Made by a program: the position numbers and the translations under genes. Shown here piece after piece: positions 27,921 through 35,487 of a DNA stretch of 64,000 nt. Under the pieces are notes generated by a model. The model did not search any database and was not told the DNA's origin. It saw only the letters and a program-made list of their open reading frames with translations. The first letter of the stretch is position 1. Every line of letters begins with the position of its first letter. Origin of the DNA: Bacteroidia bacterium (GTDB lineage: Bacteria > Bacteroidota > Bacteroidia > Flavobacteriales_D > Sanyastnellaceae); contig JAUICJ010000001.1 of NCBI GenBank assembly GCA_030427925.1, positions 235,388-299,387 on the forward strand, given 5' to 3'.

Positions 27921-29193
27921 GATTCCTCGTGCCCGCGCCGCAATGAGTTCGCCAGTCGGTTGCGTCTGAAGTCAACATGCGGGAGCAAGGGGGCTTGCGC
28001 ATGAATACAAGGAACGGTTTAACGGTTTGGAGCGCAACCAGCTGTGAATACGGGCTTTTCGGCAAGAGTGCCATCCTTGAAAGGACGCTTGAAGGACATG
28101 GGTTGGAGTGGTTGCGCCGGTTGAAGCGGTAGTTGAATTCGTCGAGGGTTGATTGGAGGTGAGCTCCTGAGATTTTGTGGTGAATGCCTCGAATCCAGTT
28201 CTTTAGGGTGAAGATGTACCCGGGGAGTTCCCGGAAATTGGCTCCATCCTCGCTGCATTCGATGTTGTGCCATTTGCCGTCTGTTGCCTTTTGATCGCCG
28301 CGCCAGCCATCCGATGTGATGACGGCTTTTTCATGGACCATGTGATCAAGGGCTTCTTTGATGGAGTTCGATGTGGCGTCTTTCAAAACTCGGGCGTCGG
28401 CATTTTTGATCCTTCCGCGGCGCTTACCATCCATCGGGTATTCCACTTCGACGCACACTTGGACAAACTGCTTATTCCCTTTCGATCGTCCTGGCTTCCC
28501 AGGCTCAAAACCACCGATGAAGGTCTCATCGGCCTCCACATTTTCTTTGAGTTTGGCCCTTGGAAAACTGTTCAGCGCTCGCTGCACTCTGCGTTTGAAA
28601 AACCAAGCAGTCTCCTGGTGAATCCCGAAATGTCGGGCAAGTTCGCATGAGCTAACTCCTTTGCGCATAGTGGATAACACGTAAACCATGGCGAAAGCAT
28701 GCTCGATCGGAAACTTCAGTTTGTGGAAGATGGTGTGCGCTGTTGGAGACTCGTCGGAGAGGCACTTTTGGCAACGACGGTGCAGCGCCTTTTTGCCTTT
28801 GATCGAGGATTCAAGCGGCGACACCGCACCGGCAACAAACAGGAAGAAGCGCGTGACCTGGAAGTTGGGTTTGCACCAATGGCGGTAAAAACCCCAAATC
28901 ACGTAACGCCTCCACCAATCGCGGTTGGATTCATGGCCTATTGATTGTTTGGAGTTGGAAAGCGTTCGGAGGATGTCTTTTTCGTCCATGCAGCGTTCCC
29001 CCGCTTCTTCGATGACCACTTCCAACCATTTCCCTTCTGTGTAATGGTCGGTCAGGCGGTTGTGACAACTCAACTTCTGGCTCTTTTCTCGCAGGATGTT
29101 GCGAACGAGGTTCACGAAGGCCTCCTTACTTTTCTCGGTTTTCGGTGACTTTGAGGACGAGTTGGAATGTGGACTGCTCATCTTTCCCAGCAA
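27892..29193 (-). CDS. IS1595-family (ISXO2-like) DDE transposase, with N-terminal extension and borrowed C-terminus
   Basis: Zn-ribbon/HTH region (RRCQKCL...FHKLKFPIEHAFAMVYVLS...SSCELARHFGIHQETAWFFKRRV), a DDE region with VEADETFIGG, and the EFNYRFNRR motif. The gene is AT-richer than its surroundings. The last ~9 codons and the stop lie inside repeat copy A. Confidence 0.8.
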   Translation of the reverse strand: MLGKMSSPHSNSSSKSPKTEKSKEAFVNLVRNILREKSQKLSCHNRLTDHYTEGKWLEVVIEEAGERCMDEKDILRTLSNSKQSIGHESNRDWWRRYVIWGFYRHWCKPNFQVTRFFLFVAGAVSPLESSIKGKKALHRRCQKCLSDESPTAHTIFHKLKFPIEHAFAMVYVLSTMRKGVSSCELARHFGIHQETAWFFKRRVQRALNSFPRAKLKENVEADETFIGGFEPGKPGRSKGNKQFVQVCVEVEYPMDGKRRGRIKNADARVLKDATSNSIKEALDHMVHEKAVITSDGWRGDQKATDGKWHNIECSEDGANFRELPGYIFTLKNWIRGIHHKISGAHLQSTLDEFNYRFNRRNHSNPCPSSVLSRMALLPKSPYSQLVALQTVKPFLVFMRKPPCSRMLTSDATDWRTHCGAGTRNPARAQLAAL

Positions 29194-30605
29194 AAAGGAG
29201 CTTTATGGCCATCATATTCTGCCCGAATTCGAGAAGTTGTCGCCAAAAAACGGGTCGGTCAAGATCATCGCTTGACCCAACCTGCTTTTGCGGAAATCAA
29301 TCACGCCCTCTCCGTAGAAAAACGTCGGCGAAGAGTGCACAGAACTGATATCATCGCACATCACGCGCCCATCATCCCAAGGGGCTTTCCTTCTTGTTGT
29401 TCTGATTCCGGGTTGTCCGTAAACAACTGGAAACAAACGGAATAAACTCTCTTGTCGCGGATTTTCCAGAAGTGTGATATTGAATGATTTAATTTTGGAC
29501 GAGTAAAATAACATGCTCATCTATTTTTATACTCAAACGACACAGTCATGTTTAACGTCAATTTCTGTCGACTCCTTTTTGTTTTTGCTTTGGCATCGGG
29601 CGCATTGTCCCTCCAAGCCCAACAGGTTAATCGAGTTGAACTTTCCAACGACAAGAACTATTCCCGACTTGAGGTTGAGGAATTGCAACGCACCTTGGAT
29701 TCATTGAATGCCAGGGTCGACAGATTGATGAACCCCAGTTCAGGCGGATCGTCAGGAAGCGAAACAGCGACCCTTCCGACTTCTGGTCCTGAAGTGGAGA
29801 GAATCCTGACAGCCATCCACAACTGCGGCGATTCGTTGACGTATCAAGGCGAGAAATATGCTACCCGCCGGTTTGGCGCTCAATGCTGGTTTACGCAGAA
29901 CTTGCGAACGACGACTTTTTTGAATGGCGATGCATTGACTGAATTGACGTCAGACAACTACTCTCAAGTGCATTCACTTGGTTGGGAGAACCTCTACGTT
30001 TCACCGCCAAGTGAAGATGTTGAGGCCTATGGACATTATTATTCACCCGCTTCTGGTCGGGATGAGCGAGGTCTTTGCCCCAGCGGCTGGCACACGCCGG
30101 ATTCGTTGGATTGGGTGCGGCTCTTTGTCTACACGGGCGTGTCAGGTATCTCGGGGGCCAATAAACTGAAATCAGAAGAAGATAACGGCTGGGATGATTT
30201 CGGATTCAATTGGCGAATGGCAGGTCGTTCAGACCAATTTGCCGTCTTCAGTTTCGTCGGCGATGGCGGTTTTATCGCTTCATCGTCCGTATCTGCTGAA
30301 ACAGGCTATCACCAGGTGATGTATGTGGATCCTTACGGTAATGGTCTGGAGTGGGGTGATTTTTATCCGAGCGAATACGTATCCATGCGGTGCTTGAAAG
30401 ACTGATGTCTCAATGCACAGGCCATGCCGCTTTCTTCGTCAGAATTTGCGCTTCGCTTCGTGGTCGCAAAGCCCCCACAGGGCCCCGCTGCCGACACCTT
30501 CCACCCTTCGTCAAACGCGGAGAAGTAGAACATTTGAATGTCCTCCTTTTGCGACCGGCCTTGGGTTCTGATGAAGCACCTCAGGACGTTGTCGTAGTCG
30601 GGGTT
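27921..30605. mobile_element. Inserted AT-richer segment (IS1595-type transposase + FISUMP gene + GH17 relic) between the 108-bp repeats
   Basis: It is bracketed by near-identical 108-bp direct repeats. The composition shift is visible by eye, and it carries a transposase gene. I could not find terminal inverted repeats. Confidence 0.6.
29548..30405 (+). CDS. FISUMP domain protein, secreted (third paralogue)
   Basis: Signal peptide, CWFTQNLRTTTFLNGD, ERGLCPSGWHTPDSLDW, and a C-terminal VSMRCL. Confidence 0.8.
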   Translation: MFNVNFCRLLFVFALASGALSLQAQQVNRVELSNDKNYSRLEVEELQRTLDSLNARVDRLMNPSSGGSSGSETATLPTSGPEVERILTAIHNCGDSLTYQGEKYATRRFGAQCWFTQNLRTTTFLNGDALTELTSDNYSQVHSLGWENLYVSPPSEDVEAYGHYYSPASGRDERGLCPSGWHTPDSLDWVRLFVYTGVSGISGANKLKSEEDNGWDDFGFNWRMAGRSDQFAVFSFVGDGGFIASSSVSAETGYHQVMYVDPYGNGLEWGDFYPSEYVSMRCLKD

Positions 30606-30633
30606 ACCGGACCGGGTCACTGCCGCTGATGGG
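30439..30633 (-). pseudogene. 5'-truncated, frame-disrupted relic of a GH17 gene (3' end only)
   Basis: The reverse-strand translation GNPDYDNVLRCFIRTQGRSQKEDIQMFYFSAFDEGWKV parallels AEPGYENALKYFINAQSWSQKEDIPMFYFAAFDEAWKV of the GH17 at 14299-15183. The terminal GSGALWGLCDHEAKRKF-stop (compare GSVGAFWGIWDHLERRKF-stop) is in a different frame. Confidence 0.8.
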
Positions 30634-30713
30634 CGCAAATTAAAACGCAGTGCGCTGAAAATCAATTGATGTCCCGGGGAAACGTCAGAGCGCGGCGAGC
30701 TGGGCGCGGGCGG
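30606..30713. repeat. 108-bp direct repeat, copy B
   Basis: This is the partner of 27813-27920. It contains the last codons and stop (30685-30687) of the gene at 30685-31911 plus the downstream intergenic sequence. Confidence 0.9.
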
Positions 30714-31911
30714 CGTCGGGGTCGAGGCGGACGAGGAGGCGGAAGGCTTCGTCGAGGAGGGTTTGGGCTTCGGGGTCGCCGGCGTGGGCCTTGCGGGCGA
30801 GGTAGAGTTCGTGGATGAGCTCGAGCTCGGGGAGGCCGTAGGCGACGCCGGTGAAGCCCTGCACGGTTTCGAGGGGGCTGAAGCCGAATTCGTGCGTGGG
30901 TTCGATCATCGTGCCCTCGCCGAAGTCGTTCCAGGTCGCGAGTTGGAGGGCGTCGAGGTCGGCGTTGGAGGCGATTTCGAGGAGGTCGATCAGGGTTTGG
31001 CCTTGAAGGTGAGCGATTTCCCAGCCCAAACCAGCGCCCCACCCGCCGTCCGCGTAAAAGTCCTTGAACCCCGGATACGCCACGCCCGTCCGCGCCCCCG
31101 GCCCCTCGCTGAACGCCGCGACCGCCGCCAAATGATCCACGCCCCCACCGCCCCAAATCCACGCAAACTCACCGTCCGCCCCCATCTCGGCGCCCTCCCC
31201 CCAAATCGCATGCGTCCGCCCGCTCACCCCCACGTCCGCCCACTCCTCGGGCGTCTCCAACTCAATCGGCCCAAACACCCCCACCCACGGCTCGCCCTCC
31301 ACCCGGAAATACGCGGTGTCCGTGAAATGTCGCCCCGCGATGTGCGCCCAATCCAGCGCAGCCTGCCCGGCCGGCACGTTCGCCAACGTGCGGTCCTCGT
31401 ACATCAACGCATACTCCAGCCCGGCCCTGCGCAACGCGGCAATGAGCGCCTCCGTGGCCTCGTCGATGCGCCCATAATCCAGCACCCCGCTCGTGCCATA
31501 CCAGTCGATGATGGCCCCGTCGATCCCGCTGTACTTCATCAGCAACGTGTGGTACTCCAGCACGTCCTCGTCGAAGCTGGAATACGGGCCGATGAGGGGA
31601 TGGTAATGCGACGCGACGTCCGGCAATCCGTCGGCGCCGGTCGTCCACGGCTGGGCGTTGGCCATGGTCCAGTGGTGGCCCCAGGCGCCGTCGTGTTGAA
31701 GCGTTTCGAACCACGGCATGACGTGGGCGAGGACGGGGAGGGGGTTCGACTTCGCGACGGCGAGCGGGGCGGTGGGGCCGGCGGCGGCGGGCTCCTCCTC
31801 GCGACAGCCGCTTAACCAACTTAAAATACAAAAGGACAATACCAGGGCACTGTTCTTTCTCAGAAACAAGATTTGCTGAATGCCGTATCCCGATGAATGT
31901 TTTGGTGTCAT
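30685..31911 (-). CDS. Putative glycoside hydrolase lipoprotein (GH99/GH71-like TIM barrel; family uncertain)
   Basis: The ATG at 31911 gives a lipoprotein signal (LVLSFCILSWLSGC). HYHPLIGPYSSFDEDVLEYHTLLMKYSGIDGAIIDWYG resembles the GH99-like signature. The track start at 31944 is a TTG. Confidence 0.55.
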   Translation of the reverse strand: MTPKHSSGYGIQQILFLRKNSALVLSFCILSWLSGCREEEPAAAGPTAPLAVAKSNPLPVLAHVMPWFETLQHDGAWGHHWTMANAQPWTTGADGLPDVASHYHPLIGPYSSFDEDVLEYHTLLMKYSGIDGAIIDWYGTSGVLDYGRIDEATEALIAALRRAGLEYALMYEDRTLANVPAGQAALDWAHIAGRHFTDTAYFRVEGEPWVGVFGPIELETPEEWADVGVSGRTHAIWGEGAEMGADGEFAWIWGGGGVDHLAAVAAFSEGPGARTGVAYPGFKDFYADGGWGAGLGWEIAHLQGQTLIDLLEIASNADLDALQLATWNDFGEGTMIEPTHEFGFSPLETVQGFTGVAYGLPELELIHELYLARKAHAGDPEAQTLLDEAFRLLVRLDPDAARAQLAAL

Positions 31912-31984
31912 GAGTTCCTTAGGATGAAAATGGTCTTTCGTCAATTGCTGAATCCGGGAATTAGCATGAGCGTGACACTTTTTC

Positions 31985-33289
31985 TCAAATTTTCACCTTT
32001 GTAACCACGGTGCTCGGCCGGTTCTTCTTCTTGTCAAATCCTTCCGTCACCTGATACCGGACGCGTTGTGATTTCATGTCCTCGGTGAGGCCGTTGCGGA
32101 ACAGCGTGGAACGAGCGAAGGCGTTGTCGCTGCCGTGGGGTCCTTTGATGAAGGCGGCTTTGAGGTTGGGGAGGACGCTGACGATGGTGCCTTCGAACCA
32201 CGGTTGCTGATCGGAAAGGGTGCGGTTGATTTCGGTTTGGAGGGCTTTGCGTGCTTGGGCGATGGTTGGGATGTCGGGGTTGTTGGGGTCGAGGTCGAGG
32301 CGGGAGAGGAGGGTGCGAAGTTCGAGCGGGATTTTCCAGCCCTTTTCGGTGCGGATGGCGAGGGAGGCAAGGGCGAGGGCTTTTGCGAGCGGGATTTGGC
32401 CTTCATCGATGAGTACCTCGCTGAGCTGCGCCCAGAAGGAAATCTTCATCTCGTCCCAGCCCGGAAGCGCCCGGAAATAGGCATCCAACGCCTCCTCCCG
32501 CCGGTTCAACTTCATCAGCACGTCGCCCAATTCGTCCCAAAGAAACCAGTCCCCCTTTTCGAGCGCAATCCGCTTCATTTCCTCGGCCGCTTGCTCTCCG
32601 TCGCCCAGTTCGATTTCGCAGAGCACTTTGCGTCGGCGCCACCAAATGTTGTTGTTATAATGCGGTTTCGTGACCGTTCGCAGCGCCTCATCGCACGCTG
32701 AGATGCAGTCTTCGTAGCGGCCGGCTTCGAGCAGGGCCTTCGTGAGGTGGGCGTAATATGCCTCTTGGTCGCTCGCCTGTTCCACTTTGCGACCGCCGGC
32801 CTCGAATTGCTTGCTGCGCGTGGAAAGGCGACTGGCATCCAGGGTTTCGAGCCATTCAATTGCCTCTTCCGCGTGATTCCCTTGTTGGTCCTCAAGGGCA
32901 TCGACAAGTTTGAAAAGTGCGGCCAAATGCGGACTGTACTCGTCATAAGGCTCTGCCAATCGCGCAATGCCTTTCATCGCATTCCTCAAGGTATTGATCG
33001 GTGTGGGCTGCTTCGCTAAGAACTGGGACTTGAAAATCGTCCAAGCATACAGGTTGCGGTTTGCGCTGTGATCCGGGTCAAGAGTGTACACTTCGCGGCA
33101 AATGGCCAACGCCTCATCGAGCCGATTCAACTTGTAATGCGCTTGGGCCAAACGCCACCCATCCCAAGCGTCCCGTTCTCCCTCCACGGACCAAAGTTGC
33201 TCAAATGCACGCGCCGCCTCGTCCCATTGTTTTACCTGCACAGCCTGCATCCCGGCTTCTCGCAGCTCAGTTTCTTGTTGTTCCGTCAT
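31985..33289 (-). CDS. TPR-repeat protein with C-terminal cold-shock/OB-like domain
   Basis: Trimmed to the ATG at 33289 (MTEQQETEL), which forms an ATGA overlap with the upstream helicase stop. Helical TPR-like repeats run throughout. The last ~70 aa (FEGTIVSVLPNLKAAFIKGPHGSDNAFARSTLF...VRYQVTEGFDKKKNRPSTVVTKV) follow the CSD pattern. Confidence 0.65.
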   Translation of the reverse strand: MTEQQETELREAGMQAVQVKQWDEAARAFEQLWSVEGERDAWDGWRLAQAHYKLNRLDEALAICREVYTLDPDHSANRNLYAWTIFKSQFLAKQPTPINTLRNAMKGIARLAEPYDEYSPHLAALFKLVDALEDQQGNHAEEAIEWLETLDASRLSTRSKQFEAGGRKVEQASDQEAYYAHLTKALLEAGRYEDCISACDEALRTVTKPHYNNNIWWRRRKVLCEIELGDGEQAAEEMKRIALEKGDWFLWDELGDVLMKLNRREEALDAYFRALPGWDEMKISFWAQLSEVLIDEGQIPLAKALALASLAIRTEKGWKIPLELRTLLSRLDLDPNNPDIPTIAQARKALQTEINRTLSDQQPWFEGTIVSVLPNLKAAFIKGPHGSDNAFARSTLFRNGLTEDMKSQRVRYQVTEGFDKKKNRPSTVVTKVKI

Positions 33290-35391
33290 TGCAATTGAAT
33301 GTTCAATGCGCGCAGCACCAGTTGGACCAAACTCGAATCCGACAGAGGAAGGGGAATCTCCTTGGATTTCTGCCCGTTTCCTTTGAAATAAAAGGCGAAC
33401 GTTGCCTCGCGATTTCCCCAATGAAATCGGTAATCGTCTTGGTAGGGAAGCGTCCGGACGAGTTCTACGTTCATGTCCGTTCCGATGAGCCGCTCTTTCA
33501 GGGCATCGAGGAAAACACCGCGAAGGAGCGGGGTGGAGGCCGAAGTGGGCAGGACCACGGCCGAATCATCGAAAGACCCTGCGCCATCATTGAACCGCAG
33601 CGGTTTTTTCACCAAAGGAGCGAGCAGCGCCTTGACCTGTTCGTCCGCGCACGTCACCTTCGAAATTTGAAACTTCCCATTGTAATGCACTTCCACCAAA
33701 GCCACGGATAAGGGAAATCGAATGAGGTAGTTGTGGAAAACGGGCCGATGCAGTTTGGGGCAGTGCCCTTCGAGTGCGTTCAAGACGGCTGCAGCAACGA
33801 GTTCCTGAGAAGCGGGCGCAAGCGGCAATGCCCAATCATCGAAGACCGCAGGCCGCGTGACCTCGATGGCTTCATCTTGGGGAACCGGGACCACTTCTTC
33901 CTCCGGCAACCCGAGCAGGTGCAACGATTTCGAGGCCCGGGTCATCGCCGTGTACACCCACCGAAAGAAGTTCTCATTTTGGCTTCCAAGATGCGTTTGC
34001 TTCAGGTTCAGGTAAACGTGCGGCCATTCCCCACCTTGCGCTTTGTGGCAAGTCATGGCGTACCCAAATTTCGCTTGGACGCAGTTGTAGTAAGGGTCTG
34101 ACATCAACGCGTTTGCGTACGCCATCGTGGACGGCTTGAGGTTCGGATTCCGGATTTTAAAATCGATGTACAATGCCCGCTGCTCATCGAGGGTCAAGAC
34201 TTTGTTGGAGTTGAACAAATAGGGCCAAAAAATAAATTGCTCCTGCGCGTGCAGTTCCCCATCTTTCAGCAATTTCACCTTCTTGAATGCCAAATCCACC
34301 TTCTGCTCCTTCACCACATTCCCGACCTTGTTCTTCAAAGTAATCTTTCTCTGAACAAGCCCATCGGCCACGGCCACCACCCGCACCAATTCGCCATTCA
34401 TGAAGGATGCAGCGGTCGAATACACGTTGCTTGTCACGAGGAGCGTTTCGCCAGGGTGTAGCAGATCCAGTTCGTCAAAGCAGGCCGATCGTACCTCTTG
34501 GTTGAAGTTCCGGGCTTCCTCGTTGGAGTGGGTGATGACGATGCGGTCGTTCGGTGGTGGGGTGCCTCGCTCGAGGTGCCACAACGCTTGAAGACTCGCC
34601 TCCGGCAGCTCTTTCACCACATCTCGCCCGGGCTCAATTCGAAGGTTCCAATCCCGCTTTTCGATGCAGGCTCGGACGTGATTCGCTTGCCGAATGATGT
34701 TGGAGTCCTGCGCTTGGCGAACCACCTCCTTCAAGGTGAATTCGGTGCACTTCAAGCCAAAGTTTTGCTCCAAATACTGCGCGTCTTGGGCGGGGCTATT
34801 CGGCTCCCCGACCGGGGGCAACTGAGCGGGGTCACCCACGAAGATGGCTTTCCTGGAATTGGTTTTTCGACCGATTTCCGTTCGTTTCACCCAATCCTCA
34901 AGCAATCGGCCAGTCCCGAATTTGATGTGTTCTTGCTCGTGTTTGGCAGCTGGAAACATGGACGCTTCATCGACGATGGAACAGTGGTCCAACGTCAGGG
35001 AAGAACTGTCCTCAATGCCGAATTCCAAAACGAGCGATTCCGAATGCTTGACCTCCTTTTCCGACTTTTCTACTTGGGCGGTTTTCCGATACACAAAGCT
35101 GTGAATGGTGGAGGTGGCGAATCCCGTTTTTTGTCGAAGGATCAACGCCGCCCGCCCCGTGAAGGCCATCATGTTGGTGCTTTCAGGCGGGTCAGGCAAG
35201 CGCTCTTCCTTCTGCCGTTGCTTCAGCCACTTCGCGATGCCCCTGGTCATGAACGTCTTCCCCGTTCCCGCCGCTCCGAAGAGGAGAAACACCTCCTCGT
35301 CGCTTTGAAAAAAGGCCTCCAACGCATCGAGCAGCCCCCGCTGCGAGGCCGTCAAGGAATCCAAGTTAAAATGTTCGTGTATTCGTGTCAT
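33286..35391 (-). CDS. RecD-like SF1 helicase (AAA_30 + UvrD_C_2) with ~190-aa tandem-repeat C-terminal domain of unknown function
   Basis: Walker A FGAAGTGKTF, Walker B IVDEASMF, FVGDPAQLPPVG, and a C-terminal helicase motif YAMTCHKAQGGEW. I prefer the ATG at 35391 over the TTG at 35412. Confidence 0.8.
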   Translation of the reverse strand: MTRIHEHFNLDSLTASQRGLLDALEAFFQSDEEVFLLFGAAGTGKTFMTRGIAKWLKQRQKEERLPDPPESTNMMAFTGRAALILRQKTGFATSTIHSFVYRKTAQVEKSEKEVKHSESLVLEFGIEDSSSLTLDHCSIVDEASMFPAAKHEQEHIKFGTGRLLEDWVKRTEIGRKTNSRKAIFVGDPAQLPPVGEPNSPAQDAQYLEQNFGLKCTEFTLKEVVRQAQDSNIIRQANHVRACIEKRDWNLRIEPGRDVVKELPEASLQALWHLERGTPPPNDRIVITHSNEEARNFNQEVRSACFDELDLLHPGETLLVTSNVYSTAASFMNGELVRVVAVADGLVQRKITLKNKVGNVVKEQKVDLAFKKVKLLKDGELHAQEQFIFWPYLFNSNKVLTLDEQRALYIDFKIRNPNLKPSTMAYANALMSDPYYNCVQAKFGYAMTCHKAQGGEWPHVYLNLKQTHLGSQNENFFRWVYTAMTRASKSLHLLGLPEEEVVPVPQDEAIEVTRPAVFDDWALPLAPASQELVAAAVLNALEGHCPKLHRPVFHNYLIRFPLSVALVEVHYNGKFQISKVTCADEQVKALLAPLVKKPLRFNDGAGSFDDSAVVLPTSASTPLLRGVFLDALKERLIGTDMNVELVRTLPYQDDYRFHWGNREATFAFYFKGNGQKSKEIPLPLSDSSLVQLVLRALNIQLQ

Positions 35392-35487
35392 CAAAAGGGC
35401 GTCTATTGCCAAATATCGGAATCTTCACTCAGCGTCACGAATCGCTCGCGTTGTATTTTATATCTTCAAAATTCAAATCGAATCCTC
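35392..35487. promoter_or_regulatory. AT-rich divergent intergenic region between the two helicase operons
   Basis: A 96-bp AT-rich spacer (..ttgtattttatatcttcaaaattcaaatcg..) between divergent starts. No confident Bacteroidota -33/-7 match was identified. Confidence 0.3.

Noticed and set aside
34498-35487. N-terminal 330 codons of the 1021-aa ORF (34498-37563)
   Set aside because: The segment is antisense to the RecD-like helicase gene, which has clear Walker and helicase motifs. The RecQ-like homology begins only at the ATG at 35488, after an AT-rich intergenic spacer.
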